A stretch of DNA of 64,000 nucleotides from Ophelia neglecta (Eukaryota): assembly GCA_965285935.1 (NCBI GenBank), contig OZ260667.1, positions 14,260,001-14,324,000 of the forward strand, read 5' to 3'. Shown here piece after piece: positions 47,051 to 60,323 of the stretch. The notes beneath the pieces were generated by a model that was not told the DNA's origin, did no database searches, and saw only the letters and a program-made list of their open reading frames with translations. Positions within the stretch are counted from its first letter, which is position 1. Every line of letters begins with the position of its first letter. A program made the translations under genes and the position numbers.

Positions 47051-50000
47051 TCTAAGTGGAAAGGAAATCAAAAAAATACGACCTACTCGAAAATGGCGCC
47101 TTACATGATCAACACTCAAGTCAATAATATCGATTATAACATAATAGACAATAAACAGAGAGCGAATGTCAATTTACCTTGTGACCTATGTTCATTTTAA
47201 AAGTGATCCTAATGTGATATCAAACAAAATGATATATTTTAAAGAAACTGATGCTTTGAGGCTGTAAGAAGTGCGATATCTTAAACCACATTTTTATCAC
47301 CCCGAACTAGTGTTCCCTTGATTAAATTGAAAGTAAACTAAGAGTCAGTATGTTGACAAAAGATAGAATTTCACTATAATCCTGTCCTCATTAGACAAAC
47401 AAGCAGGTGAATAATTACTTACTTGTTTTGTGAGTATATTATCTCCTTCGTCGACTGTATTCACACTCCCAATGATACACATTCCGCGTCACCAAATTTT
47501 GGGCGTGTGTCTTTTCCGCAGTATACTAATGTTCGGCGGAGCTGTGCGGCACAATGAACACTCACGTACCCATATGATTCATATAACATTGAACTCTCCT
47601 ATATTTTTCGCAAGCTAACCGTGAAAAGACAGCCTTGCATTGACGGATGGAGGAGTTTCGCATTAGGGGGGGGGGGGGGGGGTATCATGAAAGGATGTGG
47701 GACGGGTGCTCTAAGCAGAGAGGGGTGGGCCTAGACACCCCCTCCCCCCAGCTAACTTGTGTAAAGACTGGTGCCGAGGTAGGGGGTCCGGATCCCCAAG
47801 GTGACCCTTCCAAATCCGCCAGTACAACAACTTGACCTGCATGGTGAGAATTGGCCCGTTGTCACGGTTGAGTGGTATATGAGAGGATTCTGTGTGACAG
47901 CACGACGGTCACACCCATTAAAGGAGTGGTCTTCTGCTGGAAACACGATCATGCAGAGCGCGGGATAACATTACCGACTGTTCAGGAATACACTGGGAGG
48001 CCGGGCTCTGCGACTTAATACATTTTAAAGCAAAAAAATTTAATCATAAGGCAGTTTCTTTTAAATCCCATCTTGTTGCATTTCTATTGTATACTTGTGC
48101 GTGTTGTGTATTCACATTTTCATTTCCATATTCTGACCACAGTGGGTGATTTAGAAGAGAAATTATTGATGACACTGGGAAAGTATAATGTAAGTTTTAG
48201 GGAACTTGTCGCTCTTACTTGCCGGCCAGTGCACACCTGAATTGTCTACCTTATTCACGGCCCCCACTATAGGACACGGAAAGTGCCTAATGGCTGTTTT
48301 ACCGCCGTTAGAAGGAATTGTTCTCGTCGTCAGCACGATCTCCGCTTCTCTATTTGTGTGACCTCGCTTGACACAACTTTACTTTGTAAATAAGGAACGT
48401 ATAGGATTGTCAGTTCACAACTACGCTGGCCTCCTCGAGCTACCGTTCAGCAAGCCGTCAATATTTACCAATTGGCCCTTGATTCACGATTAAAGATATT
48501 TGCACTGCTCGGAGCGCAATAGTTGGAAGACTACCATCAAGGAACTCAATGACTAGAGTCTGACCTTTCCAAGCCTTATTAGGAATCAAAATAATATTGG
48601 CACATGACTAGCATGTAGACCTGAAGATCTAGATAAAAGTTAAAACCAAATGTATTTATGGTGCACACAGAATAAAACTGTTAAAGATTTCTCAGAGAAA
48701 ATTGTTTACAAACTTTTGATAAATAGAGTTGGTCTTATCAATAATTATAACGTTTCCTAAGGACCCCCCACCCCCTCCCCCTGCTCTTCTCCCACTTAAA
48801 TATAGGCTCGGCCGGTCTCAATCTTCCCTTGACCTCTCATTCTTTTTCATCAGAGTACTTTCTTTATTAGAAGCATGTGAGAACGACGAGGATAAAACAA
48901 CATGTCTGCTGAAACAAGATGGTTCGGGGGGGGGGGGGGGGGGGGGATATACTTAAAAACAGGATGGATAAGGGTATGTGTGATGGGTGCCTCCTTTTTT
49001 ATGGGGGGGGGGGGGCGGTGGTGTGATAAACGATTGATTTAAATATTATACGTAAAATGGGGCGCCAGAGAGTAATGATGCCACCTTCCATGTACTACTA
49101 TACAAATATTTCAAAGATCATTAAAAGACAGACGAATGTTTGGTTCTTAGTATAAGTCACATCTAGACTTGGTGTAAGCATCCTTGCAAGAAACTTAGCA
49201 GTTAGATTAACCATTCCAATAAAAGTTTATTTCATATTTTATGCCATAACACTACAGGACAAAAATAATAATACACGTAGCTAGGAACAATCACAGAATT
49301 CTCATACAATGAAATGAATTGTATTGACAGCTAAAGAAATCATTTAAAGAGCCAAAACCTTAAATTAAACTTTGTTTCCAGACAACCGGCAAGTCAGTCG
49401 TGTTCATTAACTTTAAGTGTTTATCTATCGGTATAAATTAGTTGTAATAAAAATCTAAACGATAGCACATGAAAAGTCCTCTTCAGCGTATGGTGGGCCG
49501 AACACTAATTATTTGACTCCGTTGCAACTTTCATTCCGACATATAACACATCATTAGGCAGCGTGGCTTGAATACAACAAGACAAATGCTTTGTTATTTA
49601 TCTGAACAAAAAGCAAAAATGCCTCAACGATGTACCAATCAACCAAGTTTTACAAATTAACAAGTATTCTTAATGTATTTATCAAGATTGTCAAAGCTCT
49701 TTTAGAAAGTTAGCTGTTTATTAAATAGGTGATATAAACCACGAAATGGTTCGTTAACACCTCAAACAGCCTCATTACGACCTCAATACGACCTCAATTA
49801 AGCTCATGGCGACCTGAAATAGGCACACGACAGGTGTCTCTGCCAAAATGTATATAAGACAAATGTAAATAGTTAGGCATATGCGTTGATTCACTAGAAA
49901 GAGATACGTTTAAAAACCACAGGCTTCTCCTCAGCTACTCTAAACGACAGTGACCCTACCCACGTCAATGTACCTAGATGAATGATTTGAAAATATCCTT

Positions 50001-50144
50001 AAATGTGGTACTTCTCCCAGGAATTAGATCACAAAGCATTCCCAATGTATCCCTCTGGCATTGAAATGACCAGTTGGAGTGAAAGACACCAGTATAGGTC
50101 ATTAACAGCTAGCAAACAGTGTCTGTACTACTAAGGCCCCAGAA

Positions 50145-51993
50145 CTACACGTTTATATACTGGACGTTATCGTATATGCTGACTTTTGACTCTGTAATAC
50201 CCTGCAGTGGATCTAGATATACGACCGACCTTAAGTCTTTGCCTTCCTCCGCACCGTCCGTCTGCTCTCCCATCTCCTCCGGTGCGAAGGGGTCCCGTAA
50301 TGGCCTCGAGCCGCCTGCAGATTGGATTGGTCGAAACACTCGATTTGAATAGTTCGAGTGGGGTAGGGGCGCGGCGTTTTTTGGCCCCGGTTCTCTCACC
50401 GGGTCCAAACTGTTAGGAGTGGGTCTCGAGTGGGAATGAGGCAGAGGCTTGGACCTGGTTGGATGTACGTGTGCTGACGTCACGGCGCCTGAATGTCGTC
50501 TGCCAGCGTACAACGGAACCGGATGTGCTGTAGGCGGTGGGTGTGTAGACCCGGTGGCACCACCCGCCGGTAGTTCAGTCACTCTAGCCTTACATGCTAG
50601 TCGGGGGGTGGTGTGGGCTGGCGGGTGGCACTCTCCCGAACACTGAGGCTGGTCCCTTGTGGATGGAGCCACCCGAGCATGTCCTGTCACGCTCCTTTGG
50701 GCTGCCCGGAGCGGCGTGGTCTCCGAGGGATATTCTGAAGAGCCTGGTTTGTACGAGGGCGGACTATGGAGTTTGGGTCTGACATCCGGGTCATCCTCCT
50801 TCACCCGTACACTAGACGCGGTACATGATATATCGGCTTCCGGACTCTCCTCCCTTATCTGGTGTAGCCTCGGCATTTGATAATGTGAATATATTGGAGG
50901 TCCATTGCGCTCCGCAGAATCCAAAGATGGAGCTTTAGTCGCCTCTTTCTCCACCTGAACATGGTCTTCTCCCGGAATATAAGTCACTACTTTGTCGTCG
51001 GTCGCGGTGTTGGCGACGCCCCGTTGGGCTTCCCTGTCTACGATCAGCACTTGTATCGGTTTGACGGGGTTGGACTGGAGCCCTTGTTTGGTTCCCGGAG
51101 GGTTGTTGGTACGGGGGATGCTGGTGTTCCTCGGGGCATGGCCGTTCACTAGGGCGGCCGGAGCAGGTGGGTGGACCGGGCTCTGAATAAAGTGGAAGTA
51201 TGAAAGAAAGAAGAATAAATTAAGTTCTTTTATCGTAATAACCACTATGATTATACACTATTCATGCCAAAAGGCCTTAGCGAATTTCGCTTTTTTATTC
51301 CACTATGATGGTATATCATGGGACGTTACTGCTCCTTGAACACTAACAAAATCTAATTGATGAAACATTGTATGTCATAATCAAAGTGATCATCTTAATG
51401 AAATGAAATACCTTCTTTCATAAAGTAGTGTAGGCTACATTTTGTCTGAAGACCAATATATTAAACTCTACACTGTCCTATTCTAAAACATCAAAACATA
51501 ATTTGTTACTTACACATTTGTATATTTGATGTATACACATTGCCTAAAGACTTATAGAGTCACCTTGTTTTAAAATTAATTGCTTCAAATAACAAATGTT
51601 CGTACACACAACCCGCGCTCATCCCCCCCCCCCTCCCCGGTCTCCTCCCTCCACACCAACCCACACCCTGTTATTTCGACTTTCTTTAGCCACTTGAAAA
51701 AAAAAGATACATTTCTCCTTTCGCCGCTTGGTAACAAAACGTTTAAATTTGGTCTTCGTTATCTTCCAGAAACATGTGTGAAATAAATATCTCCCAATAT
51801 CTTCCCAGAATAGCCTAAACTCAATTAATTAAATGAGAACTTTAGCTTGCGTAGCAGCCGACTTACGTGAGCTTTGGCCGAGTCGTCCTCTTCCACTGTA
51901 ATAACACAGTAAGCGTGTAGACAGAGTATAAAGCATATCATTAATAAACAGAACCCAAGGCCGAGAGTGAGGGAGCCCCATGACCGGTAGACG
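50145..51993 (-). CDS. 3' end of an unidentified gene: Pro/Ser-rich disordered tail ending in SIYDNVQYINV*
   Basis: Exons 51993-51955 (39 nt, phase 1-1), 51895-51867 (29 nt, acag|...|gtaagt) and 51182-50145 (1038 nt) splice in frame to xSTGHGAPSLSALVEEDDSAKAHSPVHPPAPAALVNGH...GITESKVSIYDNVQYINV*. Upstream exons were not identified. Confidence 0.75.
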
Positions 51994-53455
51994 CTGGAAA
52001 AAAGAACAGAACATTATAAACAGAACCCCAGGCCGAGAGTGAGGGAGCCCCATGACCGGTAGACGCTGGAAAACAGAACAGAACATTAATAAACAGAACC
52101 CAAGGCCGAGAGTGAGGGAGCCCCATGACCGGTAGACGCTGGAAAACAGAACAGAACATTATAAACAGAACCCCAGGCCGAGAGTGAGGGAGCCCCTCGA
52201 CCGGTAGACGCGGAAAAACAGAACAGAACATTATAAACAGAACCCCAGGCCGAGAGTGAGGGAGCCCCATGACCGGTAGACGCTGGAAAACAGAACAGAA
52301 CATTATAAACAGAACCCCAGGCCGAGAGTGAGGGAGCCCCATGACCGGTAGACGCTGGAAAACAGAACAGAACATTATAAACAGAACCCCAGGCCGAGAG
52401 TGAGGGAGCCCCATGACCGGTAGACGCTGGAAAACAGAACAGAACATTATAAACAGAACCCCAGGCCGAGAGTGAGGGAGCCCCATGACCGGTAGACGCT
52501 GGAAAACAAAACAGAATATTATAAACAGAACCCAAGGCCGAGAGTGAGGGAGCCCCATGACCGGTAGACGCTGGAAAACAGAACAGAACATTATAAACAG
52601 AACCCCAGGCCGAGAGTGAGGGAGCCCCATGACCGGTAGACGCTGGAAAACAGAACAGAACATTATAAACAGAACCCCAGGCCGAGAGTGAGGGATCCCC
52701 ATGACCGGTAGACGCTGGAAAACAGAACAAAACATTATAAACAGAGCCCCAGGCCGAGAGTGAGGGAGCCCCATGACCGGTAGACGCTGGAAAACAGAAC
52801 AGAACATTATAAACAGAACCCCAGGCCGAGAGTGAGGGAGTCCCTCGACCGGTAGACGCTGGAAAACAGAATAGAACATTATAAACAGAACCCCAGGGAG
52901 CCCCTCGACCGGTAGACGCTGAAAAACAGAACAGAACATTATAAACAGAGCCCCGGGCCGAGAGTGAGGGAGCCGCATGACCGGTAGACGCTGGAAAACA
53001 GAATAGAACATTATAAACAGAACCCCAGGCCGAGAGTGAGGGAGCCCCGTGACCGGAAGACGCTGGAAAACAGAACAGAACATTATAAACACAACCCCAG
53101 GTCGAGAGTGAGGGAGCCCCATGACCGGTAGACGCTGGAAAATAGAACAGAACATTATAAACAGAACCCCAGGCCGAGAGTGAGGGAGCCCCATGACCGG
53201 TAGACGCTGGAAAACAGAACAGAACATTATAAACAGAACCCAAGGCCGAGAGTGAGGGAGCCCCTCGACCGGAAGACGCTGGAAAACAGAACAGAACATT
53301 ATAAACAGAACCCCAGGCCGAGAGTGAGGGAGCCCCGTGACCGGTAGACGCTGGAAAACAGAACAGAACATTATAAACAGAACCCCAGGCCGAGAGTGAG
53401 GGAGCCCCATGACCGGTAGACGCTGGAAAACAGAACAGAACATTATAAACAGAAC
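51939..53455 (-). repeat. 72-bp tandem array, 21 copies; unit = 33-nt GT...AG spacer + complete 39-nt microexon
   Basis: Minus-strand unit gttctgtttataatgttctgttctgttttccag|CGTCTACCGGTCATGGGGCTCCCTCACTCTCGGCCTGGG. One 73-nt and one 60-nt unit. Confidence 0.97.
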
Positions 53456-53837
53456 AGATAACTTCCTCTTTCCGTAAGTTTTGCAGAGAACCTACCTAAA
53501 TATTCAGAAGCTTTGCCTATCCAGGTAGGACGAAAACTAAAGCGTAAAATGTTCAGAAAAGAAGCTGCAGTTGCATCTTGCATTGTAAAAAGTGCGGATG
53601 ATTATGAGGAAGTGTAATGATAATTCACTTGGTATTTAAACACCCGGAGTGTGTATCAGATAGAATGTTAGAAAGAAATGTTAGAATGTTATTATACACA
53701 CTAAGGCTTATTTAAAACAGCTTATAAAACTGTTATAGTTAGGGCAAACTAATATTCTATGCAGAGTGGATTTAAGCGTGGTATGCAGTCATAAGTTATA
53801 AACTGCTGTGCTTAGTCTGCTAAGGAGACAGCGAATT

Positions 53838-53975
53838 AAGAGTCAGTTTTTCCTTGATATGAGTCAGGTTTTCCGTGAAATGAGTCAGTTTTTTTCTTGA
53901 CATTAAGTCGGTTTTCCGTGACATTGAGTCAGGTTTCTCGTGATATTAACTCGGGTTATCTGGGAAATTAATCAG
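53838..53975. repeat. Degenerate ~21-bp tandem repeat
   Basis: gagtcagtttttccttgatat-like unit, ~6 copies. Confidence 0.7.
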
Positions 53976-55129
53976 GCGGCGCCTGAATAGACACTCCTTC
54001 ACGAAAAGTCCGACTCTGTTGGACATTAATTATCAGAGTAAATTATAGAATCAGACCATTAAGTTAACCGCGCTAAAATCACATATTTTCGAGCTTGTTC
54101 GTACTTACTTGTTAAAAAATATAGCACATTTCGTTCACACACGAAGTCGGTATAGGCTACCTCGCTCCAAACGCTGCCTCCTAGTTATGTTTATATTACA
54201 TAAAAGTGAAGGGGCCAATGACTTTCCCAAACTTCAAAGACAGCATTCTGACAGCTGCGTTTAACAATTCAGTGTATGCTACATGATAATAGTTTGGTGC
54301 GTTGCTACGGATCACGTGTGTGGCCACGTGCCAGGATAACAGTTTGGTGATATTGGGTGTTTAGAACTGGAAGTGCACCATTTGCACCCTGACTATACCA
54401 TGCTGCTTGGGAGTCACAAGTTTCATCTATGACACAGCTATAGACTTGTGAGCGACTCCCCCAGCACTCTCGACTAAACAAGCTCGGAATTAATCGCAAC
54501 CTTAAAATAACAAGCCTTTTGGTATAAAAAGAGGCGATTGACTTCTGTCAATCACAAAGAAATATATATATTTCAAATATATATAAACGAGATGCAGCAT
54601 GGCCGAGACCATTTCTATCTCAGGGCTCCAACTTAAGCTGGGATGATGAAGGACTGGCCTGACATTAGGCACTGGGTAGAAATTACAATTTGCACTTGCT
54701 ACAGGACACGGTAAACTTTCCTCCGTAGAGGGAGTCAATTCCGAACCTCAGTCGTCACATAGACATGAGATACTAACTAAATTTCACGTAGAACAGGTGG
54801 AGTTATTATCCGCCAATTAAGATAGCATGGTGCATTTTATTTGGCCAGCCCCGACTAGGCGTAAATGACCCTAATGCGATGGGGCCGGAAACGATGCTCA
54901 TCCCGAGAATAAAGCTTTCTAAAGTGGATTGCATGCCTAGTACTAATCTGTCAGAAGAAACAGATACCCGAAAATCTTTACTAGGCCAATACCAGCAAGA
55001 ATGGCAAGCCTCCAGACTTATATTTTAGGCCGAACTAGTAAAATTAGTATAGCTGGAACGATATTCAATAGACATGGTCCAGTCATATAACTGGATTGCA
55101 TATCGGCAAACACATCCAATCCGCTCATA

Positions 55130-55725
55130 CTGGGTTACGGACACCCGGCAGACAATATTTATAACAAGAACTGGTAAACGGTAGACATAATAATAGCAGT
55201 GATATAACAAGGACGGATACTAGCCTGACATAATCGTAGCAGTTATAGTAAGAACGAACAATAACAGACAGAATCGTGGCAGTGATAGAACTAGTAAGAA
55301 CGAACAATAACAGACAGAATCATGGCAGTGATAGAACAGATATCAGACAGATTTAATCATAGTAGGTATATCCAAAACGGGTACCCGTTAGGCAAAATCA
55401 TAGCAGGTTTAGCAAAAACGGAATCCCGACATATATAATTATAGCATGTAGGCCTATAGCAAGAACGGACAACCGGCAGATATAGTAATATCAGTGACCA
55501 GGCATCATCATATTAGTGGTAAAAAGAACGGATACCCGCGAGACATAGTCACATTAATATTATATGATAACGAGAATTAATATACGGCAGGCATAATCAT
55601 AACAGCTTTAACAAGAACGGATACACGGCAGGCATAATCATAACAGCTTTAACAAGAGCGGATACACGGCAGGCATAATCATAACAGCTTTAACAAGAAC
55701 GGACATAACATATTAAACATAATCA
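55130..55725. repeat. Ageing ~41-bp minisatellite with young sub-arrays
   Basis: Three near-perfect 41-bp units (cggcaggcataatcataacagctttaacaagaacggataca) at 55585, 55626 and 55667, two 46-bp units at 55248 and 55294, and further diverged aagaacgga units. Confidence 0.8.
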
Positions 55726-57477
55726 TAGCCACATAAAAGAAGACGTGAAAGTCTACGAGGCAATATTTTCAATGATGGTCTAAGGGGGGGGGGGGGGTTC
55801 TCTATGTTATTTCATATTGATTTTAATTTTATCATATTTAAGCAATATGACAGTAATGAGAAGAGTATCCAGGGAGTTTTGCTCATTAACAGTTTCAAAG
55901 ATATGTAGTAGTATGATATATTACTATGATGTAGTATGTTCAAGCCAGGGGAAAACGGTATACAACACACTTTTTCGTTACCCCAATATTTCTTAATGCT
56001 GTACATCTATGGGTCCGCATTCAAAAATACAAAGGTGTGCTGTCTTAAATCATAAGCAAAAGGAGACCATACAACATTCTTGACAAATTTTATTACAATC
56101 TAACCAATACAATACAGCAAAATTCAATGTCACATCTTTAGCTAATAAAGTAAGGGGACAAGGCGTATTAATGCATGATTTTATACGTATGCGGCCGAAC
56201 ATTGCATTGTTACTAAGACACCGTTGTAGGCGGCGAAATCGGCGCCGCGGTAGCGTTTCGGAAAATTCTCGATAAATCAGTCAACATGCTTTATTTATAA
56301 AATACAAAACGTTAGTTTTGTTCACAAAATGCACGGAGTGAGCACGAATTCAGGGCAAAGTTCCGTAGGCCAACATACAGTGAACGAAAATGATAAATTC
56401 ATCTTATATTTCTGGGTTAACTCGCGCTTTTTACTGTTTGAAAGACGGGCAATCATCAGTCATAAGTAGATCTGGCAGGCGGAGTGATATTAATGAGCTT
56501 ATAAGTGCGTGTTTTGTGTTGAATATTTCAGTCGACACTATTCTAGAGAAAGCCTGGAATACTCTGGCGGATCAAGAGACACTCGGAAAGGGGGTCCGCG
56601 GTTATTGTGGAGGGGGCGGGGGTGTGTGTGTGGGAGTGTGTGTGGGTGTGTGTGTGGGGGGGTCAAGATCTCATCTCAAGGGGATGGGGGGGGGAGTGAG
56701 GAGTTGGGGTAGACTAGGTGGCAGAGGTATCTTCTCATTTTGGGCGGGGGGGGGGGGGGGTATCAGGGGTGTTGGGGTAGGGGTGGGTGGCTGGTCTCCT
56801 CTCAGTGGGGGGTGGGGGTGGTTGTTGGAGGTCCGCTTTCATGGGGTTAGTGGGATATCTACTTGGTGGGGATGCTTGAAGACGGGTGATGAAGAGAACA
56901 GGATCAAATCAACAGCCTGCCCCTCCCAGCGGCCCCACCTCACACCCCAACCCTTCTTTCCAACGACACCCTCCCCCCTTAGCCTTAGCCTCCGAACCCT
57001 GGAGCTATCCCCGTTTCTTTACTCAGTGGGAATAAAGAACCCTGCCAAAGTTTGATCATGTCTACCCCCCTCCCTCCCTAAATCCCACCATGCACACAAA
57101 TTGTTTTTCACAACCCAGCACCTGTTCGTGTAATTTGCAAATATGAATTTGTATTCCGGGATCGCCAGACGTACGTGTTACGCTAATCTACTGAGCGACA
57201 AAACAAGGCAGCTCACGTAACGGAACATTCCATAGTGTTAGGCACTTAGGTTTTTCGTTTTAAAATTGATTCTATGCTTCAATTACATAAAAACATGTTT
57301 TGACTTCATTCTTTGATAAAGGAATTTCCTTCTTTAAATAGCAGATTGACTAGTTGTAGGTTTATAGTCGTGGCTGGCATATTATATACAAATACACAAA
57401 TCAAGCAAACTTTCGTAGAGACGTTTTCAGGGTCTTGTGTGTGTGTTCCTGTACAAGACTATGTTCCTGATAAGTGA

Positions 57478-57520
57478 CCACAGGTTGCCCACAGGTTGCC
57501 CACAGGTTGCCCACAGGTTG
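57478..57520. repeat. 11-bp tandem repeat (CCACAGGTTGC) x4
   Basis: Direct reading. Confidence 0.9.
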
Positions 57521-58679
57521 TTGTAGGTGTATAATGTTATTATGAATTTCTCTTCCCCTTTTCATGTCCGCTCGTCCTGTCCGCTCGTCCACCAAGCCGG
57601 CGGAGTCGACTGACCCACACTCCCTCACCGGAGGCTGCCCATCAAACCCCATGGGGTAAACCAAGCATCCAGGAAATGTCAGAACTCCAGGCTGCACTAC
57701 CCACATCTCCCTTAGAGTGCACAACGCGCCTGCTATCCCTCGTCGACCCAGCGAGCCAATCACACAGAGAAACAAAACACTGAGATCGCATTCAGGTCAT
57801 CTGCCAGAATGTTTGCTTCAGAATAAATCCTATCTAGACCTGGTGCTTTCAATGTACCTGGAACTGGTGAAAAAAGTCCGTTTAGCCACATTCCTCTGCT
57901 GATCGCAGCAAACGATATAGTAATCAGACGGAAATTACAGCTTCACAGAAAATACCATCTACATTCTCCACTTACATGCATTTGCTGGCCTGATTATTAT
58001 CGTCCATTTTGTTACTAGAGTTTCTTTTTCTTCAATAGAAAGACGTTCTAGAATGGTAGGCATTTGTTTGAGTCATGAAACTGTATCCACATCGGAAGTG
58101 CTCTTTACAACGGTACCTCTCAAGCAGTTGTCATGGTTCATCTTGTGGTTTGTCATTTCTAGGCGGCTACAAACGCCACCAACAAGTCAAGAATAGTGAG
58201 ATTAAAGCAATAGACTTATTGTAACAGTTCAGGACAGCCGCCCTAAGAGGCTCCGAAAGACATCTAGGGCCGAAAACACTTCGGCTCTCCAAACGATAAT
58301 TCTTAGAAGAAAAAATAACTCATGCTAACAGAATATAATGTTCTTAACAGTATACATCCTCTGTCTTCTAGTTTAATCAAAATTAATCAAAACGAACAAT
58401 AGCAGAGCAATCCATCAACCAGACCGAATCATGGCTTTTGACGCCCTCCACTGGTTTATAGGTCAAGTCACTCTTTTAACAAATGCCTTGATATCAAAGG
58501 GAGAAAACTTGTTAGTTTTAAAGACAATTGGAATATTTCTGTTGTGAATATTTCTTGGTGTCGACAATATATGTAGTGGAAGTAACTCATCACTTTTTGA
58601 CCCGGAAGTTAGCTTCCTTCCGTGCAACGAGGCGTAGCCACATTAGCAGACGAGAAAGGGGCTTCATTGGCCATCCATC

Positions 58680-60323
58680 ACCGATATCACTTCCACCTGA
58701 CGGTGCAGTGAACCTTACTGCTCCGGAGGAATTTTTCCTTGATAAGAAAGTCGACCTTGTTGTTCGAAAACCGGCGACATATACCAAACTTTGGCCAGAC
58801 AGAGGCACAAATCAAAAAGACCAACAACACGAGTTTAGAACGAATGCCATTGATAATTGGCCTATCGGGAAACCGATAAAAAATATAGATAAATTCAACA
58901 TACCGAGATACGCAAAATTAAGATAGATTTTATGGGTAAGCCTTGGTTTATTGGTTGGTCCATGCTAACATATATCTGTAATAAGCCGTAACTATAACTA
59001 TATTATTAAATTTAAACACTGCCAACTCTTATCTATAAAAAGACATGAAAGAATCAATTACAAACAGGCCCGTTAAAGAAATTTTGCTTAAAACTTCTCA
59101 ATGAGGGAGGAAATGGTCCTGAGTTTCTTTGAACCAAGAACCTAAAACTATGTAAAGCTTTGTAGACTGTTTGCTGGTACACCCTTCTTCAGTTAATCAT
59201 GTAGTGGTGAGAGGAATCTGATGTAGTCTTACTTCGAGAGATTTCATCTGCAGACATGATATTTGGCCCTGCATACCAATTTGTGGATGTGGGAGCTGCC
59301 TAAGACTACCGTCTGACGGTAATAATTCAAAGCTGTACAGTATAAACACTTCAAAGGGTATTGTTCAAGTCTGTGGGGGTTCCAAACTAAACCCTGTGAT
59401 TCATCGCTAGGTTTGATGTTACCGAACAATCTGTAACGGATAACCTAGCTAAAAATGTGCCACATATGTGGCTTGTAGATATTCTTGTGATAGCTAGGTC
59501 TCCTTGACATCCCGCGTTCTTCTACAGGGTGCCTGGGAGTGGAGTGGGGTTCACAGGGTTAAATGATGGAAATTCTGGAGTCGAGGCAAACAACTATCAC
59601 CAACACTTACACGAACAGGAATCAACATTATGGTAGCAAAAAAAATGCTACAAAGAAAAAACCGTTTTAAAGTATTTTATATTTGAAAAAAATTATTACT
59701 TCCGGTGACCTGAATTACATAAAACCCACCCAGAACTTCAGCTATCTTTCCGACAAATTGGGGTTTATAATTAAAGAACACGTTACTTTACCAGGTCAAT
59801 AGATCAGACTGGTTATGATTTATGGTGGAATTTTGGATCATTTTCAAGATAAATCACTGGCAAAAGAAATGCGGAAGTCGACATTGCTTCGAGCGTGATG
59901 TTTTTCTGGCGAGTCTTGCTCTTCCGGGTTGATTTCAACAGTCGTGTTTACCCGTGGTTGGTTACATAGTTGTACGTGTGAAAACTGACGACATGGAGGC
60001 GGTATTAACTCAGCATTTTTCCACAATTAATGTGCCCTCCTCCCCGTGGTGAGGCCGAGTAAGCACGATTAGGAGTCCGCCTGCTATTCCTTAACCAACC
60101 TGTTATATCGCTCTCTCGGCCATACCGTGGTGAACACCTGCGGCTACCTCTCATCATTTACTCATTTGATCAACTCAACACTTGTAGACCAATGCCCTAC
60201 ATAAACCACGCCTGTGTTTTTAATAAACATATCACTGCCGTTGAAAAATAAACCTGGAATCCAACATATAAAGTGCCAGTGCAAGTGTGGGCAGTGAACC
60301 AGTATGGTCCCGGCAAACACTAA
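58680..60323 (+). pseudogene. Possible decayed fibronectin type III repeat gene fragments
   Basis: LPPDGAVNLTAPEEFFLDKKVDLVVRKP (near 58690), AYQFVDVGAA*DYRLTVII (59271-59327) and PTYKVPVQVWAVNQYGPG (60261-60314) resemble FN3 strands A-B, E-F and F-G. Stops are present. Confidence 0.35.

Noticed and set aside
51941-53443. 500-aa ORF (MFCSVFQRLPVMGLPHSRPGVLFI)n
   Set aside because: Alternative frame of the 72-bp array. It does not connect in phase to the downstream exons, whereas the STGHGAPSLSA frame does.
44436-53455. CRISPR interpretation of the 80-bp and 72-bp arrays
   Set aside because: The units are fully repeated with no unique spacers, there are no cas genes, and the context is eukaryotic and spliced.
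56390-57055. 221-aa Gly-rich ORF
   Set aside because: Arises from poly-G and GT tracts inside a family B MITE-like region, with no domain or splice support.
59233-59299. Candidate upstream exon of the YDNV gene (AAPTSTNWYAGPNIMSADEISR, phase-1 donor GTAAGA)
   Set aside because: The acceptor lacks a polypyrimidine tract, there is no homology support, and it overlaps the FN3-like fragment on the other strand.
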